From NCBI GenBank assembly GCA_964016885.1, contig OZ024743.1, positions 351,850,001 to 351,914,000 on the forward strand: a DNA stretch of 64,000 bases, written 5' to 3'. How positions within the stretch are numbered: the first letter of the stretch is position 1; the number at the start of each line of letters is the position of its first letter. The stretch comes from Eledone cirrhosa (lineage: Eukaryota). The notes under the pieces were generated by a model. It made no database searches. It worked only from the letters and a program-made list of their open reading frames with translations, and was not told the origin of the DNA. The position numbers and the translations under genes were made by a program. Below are positions 49,801 to 64,000 of the stretch, in pieces.

Positions 49801-52800
49801 ATCTCACTCGATATGCAAATTGGGCTACTCAGCCGTTAATATGCATAAGGTAAGTATATACGTTCAACAATCTGGAATGAAGGTATACGTTGCTGACGAT
49901 AGCTAAGAAGCTTGAATCTAGTACAGCGTTGCTTTGTTAGTGTTTGAACAAACGAGCAACAATGGTTGGTAGACACTACGGCTTAATATGGGATGTTTGT
50001 TTACAAACACACCGAGCATTATAATAATGTTCGATTAATCCATTCGTGCATATATATATGTGTGCATGTATGTATATATATATACATACTACTGTACGTC
50101 TGTATACATATATGTATGTACGCGTACATACTTATATTTAAGTAACAGCCGTACTAAGAGCGGGAAATCAAATATCGTTTCATTTCGTCCGTATATCGTT
50201 TTCGGTACACCCGGCCGATTAACCTACTCGATATGCAAATTGGGCTACTCAGCCGTTAACATGCATAAGGTTTGTATATACGTTCAATAGTCTGGCAGGA
50301 AGGTATACGTTGCTGACGATAGCTAACAAGCACGAATCTAGTACAGCGTTCCTTTGTCAGTGTTGAACAAACGAGCAACGGTGGTTGCTAGACACTACGT
50401 CTTCATACGGCATGTTTGTTTACAAACACACCGAGCATCATAATAAATGTTCGGTGAATCCATGCGTGCATATATATATGTGTGCATGTATGTATATATA
50501 TATACATACTACTGTACGTCTGTATACATATATGTATGTACGTGTACATACTTATATTTAAGTAACAGCCGTACTAACAGTGGGAAATGAAATGTCGTTT
50601 CGTTTTCTCCGTTTATCGTTTTCGGTGCACCCGGCCGATTAACCCACTCGATATGCAACTTGGACAACTCAGCCGTTAATTTGCATAAGGTAAGTATATA
50701 CGTTCAACAATCTGGCAGGAACGTATACGTTGCTGACGATAGCTAACAAGTTTGAAACTAGTACAGCGTTCCTTTATCAGTGTTGAACAAACGAGCAACG
50801 GTGGTTGCTAGACACTACTGCTTAATACGGGATGTTTGTTTACAAACACACCGATCATTATGATAAATGTTCGGTGAATCCATACGTGCATATATATGTG
50901 CATGTATGTATATATATATACATACTACTGTACGTCTGTATACATATATGTATGTACGTGTACATACTTATATTTAAGTAACAGCCGTACTAAGAGTGGG
51001 AAATGAAGTATCGTTTCATTTTTTACGTTTATCGTTTTCGGTGCACCCGGCCGATTAACCCACTTGATATGCAAATTGAGCTACTCAGCCGTTAATATGC
51101 ATAAGGTATGTATATACGTTAAACAATCTGGCAGGAAGGTATACGTTGCTGACGATATCTAACAAGCTTGAAACTAGTACAGCGTTCCTTTGTTAGTGTT
51201 GAACAAACGAGCAACGGTGGTTGCTAGACACTACGGCTTAATACGGGATGTTTGTTTACAAACACACCGAGCATTATAAAAAATGTTCGGTGAATCCATA
51301 CGTGCATATATATATATGTGTGCATGTATGTATATATATATAAATACTACTGTAAGTCTGTATACATATATGTATGTACGTGTACATACTTATATTTAAG
51401 TAACAGCCGTACTAAGAGTGGGAAATGAAATATCGTTTCATTTTTTCCATTTATCGTTTTCGGTGCACCCGGCCGATTAACCCACTTGATATGCAAATTG
51501 GGCTACTCAGCCGTTAATATGCATAGGGTAACTATATACGTTCAACAATCTGGCAGGAAGGTATACGTTGCTTACGATAGCTAACAAGCTTGAAACTAGT
51601 ACAGCGTTCCATTGTCAGTGTTGAACAAACGAGCAACGGTGGTTGCTAGACACTACGGCTTAACACGTGAAGTTTGTTTACAAACACACCGAGCATTATA
51701 ATAAATATTCGGTGAATCCACACGTACATATATATATGTGTGCATGTATGTATATATATATACATACTACTGTACGTCTGTATACATATATGTATGTACG
51801 TGTACATACTTATATTTAAGTAACAGCCGTACTAAGAGTGGGAAATGAAATATCATTTCATTTTTTCCGTTTATCGTTTTCAGTGCACCAGCCCGATTAA
51901 CCCACTCGATATGCAAATTGGGCTACTCAGACGTTAATATGCATCCGGTAAGTATATACGTTCAACAATCTGGCAGGATGGTATACCTGGCTGACGATAG
52001 CTAATAAACTTGAAACTAGTACAGCGTTCATTTGTCAGTGTTGAACAAACGAGCAACGGTGGTTGCTAGACACTACGTCTTCATACGGCATGTTTGTTTA
52101 CAAACACACCGAGCATTATAATAAATATTCGGTGAATCCACACGTACATATATATATGTGTGCATGTATGTATATATATATACATACTACTCTACGCCTG
52201 TATACATATATGTATGTACGTGTACATACTTATATTTAAGTAACAGCCCTACTAAGAGTGGGAAATGAAATATCGTCTCATTTTTTCCGTTTATCGTTTT
52301 CGGTGCACCCGGCCGATTAACCCACTCGATATGCAAATTGGACTACTCAGCCGTTAATATGCATAAGATAAGTATATACGTTCAACAATCTGACAGGAAC
52401 GTATACGTTGCTGACGATAGCTAACAAGTTTGAAACTAGTACAGCGTTCCTTTATCAGTGTTGAACAAACGAGCAACGGTGGTTGCTAGACACTACGTCT
52501 TCATACGGCATGTTTGCTTACAAACACACCGAGCATTATAATAAATGTCCGCTGAATCCATACGTGCATATATATATGTGTGCATGTATGTATATATATA
52601 TACATACTACTGTAAGTCTGTATACATATATGTATGTACGCGTACATACTTATATTTAAGTAACAGCCGTACTAAGAGTGGGAAATGAAATATCGTTTCA
52701 GTTTTCCATTTATCGTTTTCAGTGCACCCGGCCGATTAACCCACTCGATATGCAAATTGGGCTACTCAGCCGTTAATATACATAGGGTAACTATATACGT

Positions 52801-55800
52801 TCAACAATCTGGCAGGAAGCTATACGTTGCTTACGATAGCTAACAAGCTTGAAACTAGTACAGCGTTCCATTGTCAGTGTTGAACAAACGAGCAACGGTG
52901 GTTGCTAGACACTACGGCTTAATACGGGATGTTTGTTTACAAACACACCGAGCATTATAATAAATATTCGGTGAATCCACACGTACATATATATATGTGT
53001 GCATGTATGTATATATATATACATACTACTGTACGTCTGTATACATATATGTATGTAAGTGTACATACTTATATTTAAGTAACAGCCGTACTAAGAGTGG
53101 GAAATGAAATATCATTTCATTTTTTCCGTTTATCGTTTTCAGTGCACCCGCCCGATTAACCCACTCGATATGCAAATTGGGCTACTCAGCCGTTAATATG
53201 CATAAGGTAAGTATATACGTTCAACAATCTGGAATGAAGGTATACTTTGCTGACGATAGCTAAGAAGCTTGAATCTAGTACAGCGTTGCTTTGTTAGTGT
53301 TTGAACAAACGAGCAACAATGTTTGGTAGACACTACGGCTTAATACGGGATGTTTGTTTACAAACACACCGAGCATTATAATAATGTTCGATTAATCCAT
53401 TCGTGCATATATATATGTGTGCATGTATGTATATATATATACATACTACTGTACGTCTTTATACATATATGTATGTACACGTACATACTTATATTTAAGG
53501 AACAGCCGTACTAAGAGCGGGAAATAAAATATCGTTTCATTTCGTCCGTTTATCGTTTTCGGTACACCCGGCCGATTAACCTACTCGATATGCAAATTGG
53601 GCTACTCAGCCGTTAAGATGCATAGGGTTTGTATATACGTTCAATAGTCTGGCAGGAACGTATACGTTGCTGACGATAGCTAACAAGTTTGAATCTGGTA
53701 CAGCGTTCCTTTATCAGTGTTGAACAAACGATCAACGGTGGTTGCTAGACACTACGGCTTACTACGGGATGTTTGTTTACAAACACACCGATCATTATGA
53801 TAAATGTTCGGTGAATCCATACGTGCATATATATGTGCATGTATGTATATATATATACATACTACTGTACGTCTGTATACATATATGTATGTACGTGTAC
53901 ATACTTATATTTAAGTAACAGCCGTACTAAGACTGGGAAATGAAATATCATTTCATTTTTTCCGTTTATCGTTTTCAGTGCACCCGCCCGATTAACCCAC
54001 TCTATACGCAAATTGGGCTACTCAGCCGTTAATATGCATAAGATAAGTACATACGTTCAACAATCTGGCAGGAAGGTATACGTTGCTGACGATAGCTAAC
54101 AACCTTGAAACTAGTACAGCGTTCCTTTGTTAGTGTTGAACAAACGAGCAACGGTGGTTGCTAGACACTACGTCTTCATACGGCATGTTTGTTTACAAAC
54201 ACACCGAGCATTATAATAAATGTCCGTTGAATCCATACGTGCATATATATATGTGTGCATGTATGTATATATATATACATACTACTCTACGCCTGTATAC
54301 ATATATGTATGTACGTGTACATACTTATATTTAAGTAACAGCCGTACTAAGAGCGGGAAATGAAATATCGTTTCATTTTTTCCATTTATCGTTTTCGGTG
54401 CACCCGGCCGATTAACCCACTCGATATGCAAATTGGGCTACTCAGCCGTTAATATACATAGGGTAACTATATACTTCAACAATCTGGCAGGAAGGTATAC
54501 GTTGCTTACGATAGCTAACAAGCTTGAAACTAGTACAGCGTTCCATTGTCAGTGTTGAACAAACGAGCAACGGTGGTTGCTAGACACTACGTCTTCATAC
54601 GGCATGTTTGTTTACAAACACACCGAGCATTATAATAAATGTCCGTTGAATCCATACGTGCATATACATATGTGTGCAAGTATGTATATATATATACATA
54701 CTACTGTAAGTCTGTATACATATATGTATGTACGTGTACATACTTATATTTAAGTAACAGCCGTAATAAGAGTGGGAAATGAAATATCGTTTCATTTTTT
54801 CCATTTATCGTTTTCGGTGCACCCGGCCGATTAACCCACTCGATATGCAAATTGGGATACTCAGCCGTTAATATACATAGGGTAATTATATACTTCAACA
54901 ATCTGGCAGGAAGGTATACGTTGCTTACGATAGCTAACAAGCTTGAAACTAGTACAGCGTTCCATTGTCAGTGTTGAACAAACGAGCAACGGTGGTTGCT
55001 AGACACTACAGCTTAATACGGAATGTTTGTTTACAAACACACCGAGCATTATAATAAAAATTCGGTGAATCCACACGTACATATATATATATGTGTGCAT
55101 GTATGTATATATATATACATACTACTGTACGTCTGTATACATATATGTATGTACGTGTACATACTTATATTTAAGTAACAGCCGTACTAAGAGTGGGAAA
55201 TGAAATATCATTTCATTTTTTCCGTTTATCGTTTTCAGTGCACCCGCCCGATTAACCAACTCGATGTGCAAATTGGGCTACTCAGCCGTTAATATGCATA
55301 CGGTAAGTATATACGTTCAACAATCTGGCAGGAAGGTATACGTGGCTGACGATAGCTAATAAACTTGAAACTAGTACAGCGTTCATTTGTCAGTGTTGAA
55401 CAAACGAGCAACGATGGTTGCTAGACACTACGGCTGAATACGGGATGTTTGTTTACAAACACGCCGAGCATTATAATAAATGTTCGGTGAATCCACACGT
55501 ACATATATATATGTGTGCATGTATGTATATATATATACATACTACTCTACGCCTGTATACATATATGTATGTACGTGTACATACTTATATTTAAGTAACA
55601 GCCCTACTAAGAGTGGGAAATGAAATATCGTTTCATTTTTTCCGTTTATCGTTTTCGGTGCACCCAGCCGATTAACCCACTCGATATGCAAATTGGATTA
55701 CTCAGCCGTTAATATGCATAAGATAAGTATATACGTTCAACAATCTGGCAGGAATGTATACGTTGCTGACGATAGCTAACAAGCTTGAAACAAGTACATC

Positions 55801-58800
55801 GTTCCTTTGTCAGTGTTGAACAAACGAGCAACGGTGGTTGCTAGACACTACGGCTTAACACGGGATGTTTGTTTACGAACACACCGAGCATTATAATAAA
55901 TGTTCGGTGAATCCATACGTGCATATATATATGTGTGCATGTATGTATATATATATACATACTACTCTCCGCCTGTATACATATATGTATGTACGTGTAC
56001 ATACTTATATTTAAGTAACAACCGTACTAAGAGCGGGAAATGAAATATCGTTTCATTTTTTCCATTTATCGTTTTCGGTGCACCCGGCCGATTAACCCAC
56101 TCGATATGTAAATTGGGCTACTCAGCCGTTAATATACATAGGGTAACTATATACTTCAACAATCTGGCAGGAAGGTATACGTTGCTTACGATAGCTAACA
56201 AGCTTGAAACTAGTACAGCGTTCCATTGTCAGTGTTGAACAAACGAGCAACGGTGGTTGCTAGACACTACGGCTTAATACGGAATGTTTGTTTACAAACA
56301 CACCGAGCTTTATAATAAATATTCGGTGAATCCACACGTACATATATATATGTGTGCATGTATGTATATATATATACATACTACTCTACGTCTGTATACA
56401 TATATGTATGTACGTGTACATACTCATATTTAAGTAACAGCCGTACTAAGAGTGGGAAATGAAGTATCATTTCATTTTTTCCGTTTATTGTTTTCAGTGC
56501 ACCCGCCCGATTAACCCACTCGATATGCAAATTGGGCTACTCAGCCGTTAATATGCATACGGTAAGTATATTCGTTCAACAATCTGGCTGGAAGGTATAC
56601 GTTGCTGACGATAACTAACAAGTTTGAAACTAGTACAGCGTTCCTTTATCAGTGTTGAACAAACGAGCAACGGTGGTTGCTAGACACTACGTCTTCATAT
56701 GGCATGTTTGTTTACAAACACACCGAGCATTATAATAAATGTCCGTTGAATCCATACGTGCATATATATATGTGTGCATGTATGTATATATATATACATA
56801 CTACTGTAAGTCTGTATACATATATGTATGTACGTGTACATACTTATATTTAAGTAACAGCCGTAATAAGAGTGGGAAATGAAATATCGTTTCATTTTTT
56901 CCATTTATCGTTTTCGGTGCACCCGGCCGATTAACCCACTCGATATGCAAATTGGGATACTCAGCCGTTAATATACATAGGGTAATTATATACTTCAACA
57001 ATCTGGCAGGAAGGTATACGTTGCTTACGATAGCTAACAAGCTTGAAACTAGTACAGCGTTTCATTGTCAGTGTTGAACAAACGAGTAACGGTGGTTGCT
57101 AGACACTACGGCTTAATACGGGATGTTTGTTTACAAACACACCGAGCATTATAATAAAAATTCGGTGAATCCACACGTACATATATATATATGTGTGCAT
57201 GTATGTATATATATATACATACTACTGTACGTCTGTATACATATATGTATGTACGTGTACATACTTATATTTAAGTAACAGCCGTACTAAGAGTGGGAAA
57301 TGAAATATCATTTCATTTTTTCCGTTTATCGTTTTCAGTGCACCCGCCCGATTAACCAACTCGATGTGCAAATTGGGCTACTCAGCCGTTAATATGCATA
57401 CGGTAAGTATATACGTTCAACAATCTGGCAGGAAGGTATACGTGGCTGACGATAGCTAATAAACTTGAAACTAGTACAGCGTTCATTTGTCAGTGTTGAA
57501 CAAACGAGCAACGATGGTTGCTAGACACTACGGCTGAATACGGGATGTTTGTTTACAAACACACCGAGCATTATAATAAATGTTCGGTGAATCCACACGT
57601 ACATATATATATGTGTGCATGTATGTATATATATATACATACTACTCTACGCCTGTATACATATATGTATGTACGTGTACATACTTATATTTATGTAACA
57701 GCCCTACTAAGAGTGGGAAATGAAATATCGTTTCATTTTTTCCGTTTATCGTTTTCGGTGCACCCGGCCGATTAACCCACTCGATATGCAAATTGGACTA
57801 CTCAGCCGTTAATATGCATAAGATAAGTATATACGTTCAACAATCTGGCAGGAATGTATACGTTGCTGACGATAGCTAACAAGCATGAATCTAGTACAGC
57901 GTTCCTTTGTCAGTGTTGAACAAACGAGCAACGGTGGTTGCTAGACACTACGGCTTAATACGGGATGTTTGTTTACAAACACACCGAGCATTATAATAAA
58001 TATTCGGTGAATCCACACGTACATTTATATATGTGTGCATGTATGTATATATATATACATACTACTGTACGTCTGTATACATATATGTATGTACGTGTAC
58101 ATACTTATATTTAAGTAACGGCCGTACTAAGAGTGGGAAATGAAATATCGTTTCATTTTTTCCGTTTATCGTTTTCGGCGCACCCGGCCGATTAACCCAC
58201 TTGATATGCAAATTGGGCTACTCAGCCGTTAATATGCATAGGGTATGTATATACGTTAAACAATCTGGCAGTAAGGTATACGTTGCTGACGATAGCTAAC
58301 AAGCTTGAAACAAGTACATCGTTCCTTTGTCAGTGTTGAACAAACGAGCAACGGTGGTTGCTAGACACTACGGCTTAACACGGGATGTTTGTTTACGAAC
58401 ACACCGAGCATTATAATAAATGTTCGGTGAATCCATACGTGCATATATATATGTGTGCATGAATGTATATATATATATACATACTACTATACGTCTGTAT
58501 ACATATATGTATGTACGTGTACATACTTATATTTAATTAACAGCCGTACTAAGAGTGGGAAATGAAATATCGTTTAATTTTTTCCGTTTATCGTTTTCGG
58601 TGCACCCGCCCGATTAACCCACTCGATATGCAAATTGGGCTAGTCAGCCGTTAATAATCATAAGGTAAGTATATACGTTCAATAATCTGGCAGGAAGCTA
58701 TACGTTGCTGACGATAGCTAATAAGCTTGAAACTAGTACAGCGTTCCTTTGTCAGTGTTGAACAAACGAGCAACGGTGGTTGCTAGACACTACGTCTTCA

Positions 58801-61800
58801 TACGGCATGTTTGTTTACAAACACACCGAGCATTATAATAAATGTCCGTTGAATCAATACGTGCATATATATATGTGTGCATGTATATATATATATATAC
58901 ATACTACTGTAAGTCTGTATACATATATGTATGTACGTGTACATACTTATATTTAAGTAACAGCCGTAATAAGAGTGGGAAATGAAATATCGTTTCATTT
59001 TTTCTGTTTATCGTTTTCGGCGCACCCGGCCGATTAACCCACTTGATATGCAAATTGGGCTACTCAGCCGTTAATATGCATAGGGTATGTATATACGTTA
59101 AACAATCTGGCAGGAAGGTATACGTTGCTGACGATAGCTAACAAGCTTGAAACAAGTACATCGTTCCTTTGTCAGTGTTGAACAAACGAGCAACGGTGGT
59201 TGCTAGACACTACGGCTTAACACGGGATGTTTGTTTACGAACACACCGAGCATTATAATAAATGTTCGGTGAATCCATACGTGCATATATATATGTGTGC
59301 ATGAATGTATATATATATATACATACTACTATACGTCTGTATACATATATGTATGTACGTGTACATACTTATATTTAATTAACAGCCGTACTAAGAGTGG
59401 GAAATGAAATATCGTTTCATTTTTTCCGTTTATCGTTTTCGGTGCACCCGCCCGATTAACCCACTCGATATGCAAATTGGGCTACTCAGCCGTTAATAAT
59501 CATAAGGTACGTATATACGTTCAATAATCTGGCAGGAAGCTATACGTTGCTGACGATAGCTAATAAGCTTGAAACTAGTACAGCGTTCCTTTGTCAGTGT
59601 TGAACAAACGAGCAACGGTGGTTGCTAGACACTACGTCTTCATACGGCATGTTTGTTTACAAACACACCGAGCATTATAATAAATGTCCGTTGAATCCAT
59701 ACGTGCATATATATATGTGTGCATGTATGTATATATATATACATACTACTGTAAGTCTGTATACATATATGTATGTACGTGTACATACTTATATTTAAGT
59801 AACAGCCGTAATAAGAGTGGGAAATGAAATATCGTTTCATTTTTTCCATTTATCGTTTTCGGTGCACCCGGCCGATTAACCCACTCGATATGCAAATTGG
59901 GATACTCAGCCGTTAATATACATAGGGTAATTATATACTTCAACAATCTGGCAGGAAGGTATACGTTGCTTACGATAGCTAACAAGCTTGAAACTAGTAC
60001 AGCGTTCCATTGTCAGTGTTGAACAAACGAGCAACGATGGTTGCTAGACACTACGGCTGAATACGGGATGTTTGTTTACAAACACACCGAGCATTATAAT
60101 AAATGTTCGGTGAATCCACACGTACATATATATATGTGTGCATGTATGTATATATATATACATACTACTCTACGCCTGTATACATATATGTATGTACGTG
60201 TACATTCTTATATTTAAGTAACAGCCCTACTAAGAGTGGGAAATGAAATATCGTTTCATTTTTTCCGTTTATCGTTTTCGGTGCACCCGGCCGATTAACC
60301 CACTCGATATGCAAATTGGACTACTCAGCCGTTAATATGCATAAGATAAGTATATACGTTCAACAATCTGGCAGGAATGTATACGTTGCTGACGATAGCT
60401 AACAAGCATGAATCTAGTACAGCGTTCCTTTGTCAGTGTTGAACAAACGAGCAACGGTGGTTGCTAGACACTACGGCTTAATACGGGATGTTTGTTTACA
60501 AACACACCGAGCATTATAATAAATATTCGGTGAATCCACACGTACATATATATATGTGTGCATGTATGTATATATATATACATACTACTGTACGTCTGTA
60601 TACATATATGTATGTACGTGTACATACTTATATTTAAGTAACGGCCGTACTAAGAGTGGGAAATGAAATATCGTTTCATTTTTTCCGTTTATCTTTTTCG
60701 GCGCACCCGGCCGATTAACCCACTTGATATGCAAATTGGGCTACTCAGCCGTTAATATGCATAGGGTATGTATATACGTTAAACAATCTGGCAGGAAGTT
60801 ATACGTTGCTGACGATAGCTAACAAGCTTGAAACAAGTACATCGTTCCTTTGTCAGTGTTGAACAAACGAGCAACGGTGGTTGCTAGACACTACGGCTTA
60901 ACACGGGATGTTTGTTTACGAACACACCGAGCATTATAATAAATGTTCGGTGAATCCATACGTGCATATATATATGTGTGCATGAATGTATATATATATA
61001 TACATACTACTATACGTCTGTATACATATATGTATGTACGTGTACATACTTATATTTAATTAACAGCCGTACTAAGAGTGGGAAATGCAATATCGTTTCA
61101 TTTTTTCCGTTTATCGTTTTCGGTGCACCCGCCCGATTAACCCACTCGATATGCAAATTGGGCTACTCAGCCGTTAATAATCATAAGGTAAGTATATACG
61201 TTCAATAATCTGGCAGGAAGCTATACGTTGCTGACGATAGCTAATAAGCTTGAAACTAGTACAGCGTTCCTTTGTCAGTGTTGAACAAACGAGCAACGGT
61301 GGTTGCTAGACACTACGTCTTCATACGGCATGTTTGTTTACAAACACACCGAGCATTATAATAAGTGTCCGTTGAATCCATACGTGCATATATATATGTG
61401 TGCATTTATGTATATATATATACATACTACTCTACGTCTGTATACATATATGTATGTACGTGTACATACTTATATTTAAGTAACAGCCGTTCTAAAAGTG
61501 GGAAATGAAATATCGTTTCATTTTTTCCGTTCATCGTTTTCGGTGCACCCGGCCGATTAACCTACTCGATATGCAAATTGGGCTACTCAGCCGTTAATAT
61601 GCATAAGGTTTGTATATACGTTCAATAGTCTGGCAGGAAGGTATACGTTGCTGACGATAGCTAACAAGCATGAATCTAGTACAGCGTTCCTTTGTCAGTG
61701 TTGAACAAACGAGCAACGGTGGTTGCTAGACACTACGGCTTAATACGGGATGTTTGTTTACAAACCAACCGAGCATTATAATAAATATTCGGTGAATCCA

Positions 61801-64000
61801 CACGTACATATATATATGTGTGCATGTATGTATATATATATACATACTACTGTACGTCTGTATACATATATGTATGTACGTGTACATACTTATATTTAAG
61901 TAACAGCCGTACTAAGAGTGGGAAATGAAATATCGTTTCATTTTTTCCGTTTATCGTTTTCGGCGCACCCGGCCGATTAACCCACTTGATATGCAAATTG
62001 GGTTACTCAGCCGTTAATATGCATAAGGTATGTATATACGTTAAACAATCTGGCAGGAAGGTATACGTTGCTGACGATAGCTAACAAGCTTGAAACAAGT
62101 ACATCGTTCCTTTGTCAGTGTTGAACAAACGAGCAACGGTGGTTGCTAGACACTACGGCTTAACACGGGACGTTTGTTTACGAACACACCGAGCATTATA
62201 ATAAATGTTCGGTGAATCCATACGTGCATATACATATGTGTGCATGAATGTATTTATACATACTACTATACGTCTGTATACATATAAGTATGTACGTGTA
62301 CATACTTATATTTAATTAACAGCCGTACTAAGAGTGGGAAATGACATATCGTTTCATTTTTTCCGTTTATCGTTTTCGGTACACCCGCCCGATTAACCCA
62401 CTCGATATGCAAATTGGGCTACTCAGCCGTTAATAATCATAAGGTAAGTATATACGTTCAATAATCTGGCAGGAAGGTATACGTTGCTGACGATTCCTAA
62501 CAAGCTTGAAACAAGTACAGCGTACCTTTGTCAGTGTTGAACAAACGAGCAACGATGGTTGCTAGACACTACGGCTGAATACGGGATGTTTGTTTACAAA
62601 GACACCGAGCATTATAATAAATTTTCGGTGAATCCACACGTACATATATATATGTGTGCATGTATGTATATATATATACATACTACTCTACGCCTGTATA
62701 CATATATGTATGTACGTGTACATACTTATATTTAAGTAACAGCCCTACTAAGAGTGGGAAATGAAATATCGTCTCATTTTTTCTGTTTATCGTTTTCGGT
62801 GCACCCGGCCGATTAACCCACTTGATATGCAAACTGGGCTACTCAGCCGTTAATATGCATAAGGTATGTATATACGTTAAACAATCTGGAAGGAAGGTAT
62901 ACGTTGCTGACGATAGCTAACAAGCTTGAAACAAGTACATCGTTCCTTTGTCAGTGTTGAACAAACGAGCAACGGTGGTTGCTAGACACTACGGCTTAAC
63001 ACGGGACGTTTGTTTACAAACACACCGAGCATTATAATAAATGTTCGGTGAATCCATACATGCATATACATATGTGTGCATGAATGTATATATACATACA
63101 TACTACTGTACGTCTGTATACATATAAGTATGTACGTGTACATACTTATATTTAATTAACAGCCGTACTAAGAGTGGGAAATGAAATATCGTTTCATTTT
63201 TTCCGTTTATCGTTTTCGGTGCACCCGGCCGATTAACCCACTCGGTATGCAAATTGGGCTACTCAGCCGTTAATATGCATACAGTAATATATACGTTCAA
63301 CAATCTGGCCGGAAAGTATACGTTGCTGACGATAGCTAACAAGCTTGAAACTAGTACAGCGTTCCTTTGTCAGTGTTGAACAAACGAGCAACGGTGGTTG
63401 ATAGACACTACGGCTTAATACAGGATGTTTCTTTACAAATACACCGAGCATTCTAATAAATGTTCGGCGAATCCATATCTACATATATATATGTGTGCAT
63501 GTATGTATATATATATATACATACTACTATACGTCTGTATACATATATGTATGTACGTGTACATACTTATATTTAAGTAACAGCCGTACTAAGAGTGGGA
63601 AATGAAATATCGTCTCATTTTTTCAGTTTATCGTTTTCGGTGCACCCGGCCGATTAACCCACTCGATATGCAAATTGGACTACTCAGCCGTTAATATGCA
63701 TAAGATAAGTATATACGTTCAACAATCTGGCAGGAATGTATACGTTGCTGACGATAGCTAACAAGCATGAATCTAGTACAGCGTTCCTTTGTCAGTGTTG
63801 AACAAACGAGCAACGGTGGTTGCTAGACACTACGGCTTAATACGGGATGTTTGTTTACAAACACACCGAGCATTATAATAAATATTCGGTGAATCCACAC
63901 GTACATTTATATATGTGTGCATGTATGTATATATATATACATACTACTGTACGTCTGTATACATATATGTATGTACGTGTACATACTTATATTTAAGTAA
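46881..64000 (+). repeat. Tandem satellite of ~41 x ~420-bp monomers, each with a hammerhead motif; runs off the window end
   Basis: Period ~420 (attgggctactcagccg at 46881, 47301, 47721...). Head-to-tail, with higher-order variant patterns. Confidence 0.97.
47370..47410 (+). ncRNA. Representative intact minimal hammerhead of the satellite (others at e.g. 47790, 50728, 52406, 56600, 58703, 59545, 61226, 63321)
   Basis: cgttg-CTGACGA-t agct aaca agct t-GAAA-ctag-TA-cagcg. Stem I extends (aagg..acgttg / cagcgt.cctt). GUA triplet, predicted cleavage after A47405. Confidence 0.88.

Noticed and set aside
46881-64000. CRISPR-like array or tandem protein-coding genes (recurring 62-85 aa ORFs)
   Set aside because: Whole 420-bp units repeat with no unique spacers and no cas genes. 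The ORFs appear only in some monomers, in varying frames, and cross (TA)n.

Overview
AT-rich, repeat-saturated eukaryotic DNA. The SINE/LINE repertoire and (TA)n density suggest an octopus-like cephalopod, which is an inference. The only host gene I can support is the last three coding exons (960-1044, 9784-9898, 24414-24506, + strand) of a FAST-kinase-domain gene with a C-terminal RAP domain, most similar to TBRG4/FASTKD4. Its introns hold a decayed R4/Dong-type LINE, a decayed Tx1/L1-type LINE, two RTE LINEs with uninterrupted ~1040-aa ORFs (APE + RT + PHD-like finger), nested RTE fragments and SINEs. Downstream lie a CR1-like LINE, a DD37D/maT and a mariner DNA transposon, and several Penelope-like (GIY-YIG) fragments with inverted terminal repeats. 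The main signal is non-coding. From 46881 to the window end is a tandem array of ~41 monomers of ~420 bp, and each carries a minimal type I hammerhead ribozyme motif (cgttg-CTGACGA-t-agct-aaca-agct-t-GAAA-ctag-TA-cagcg). An inverted, decayed copy of the same monomer sits next to a Penelope element at 39032-40900. At least five other hammerhead motifs of unrelated sequence occur in Penelope-type terminal repeats. Together this looks like a hammerhead (retrozyme-like) satellite with candidate Penelope helper elements. All counts were made by eye.
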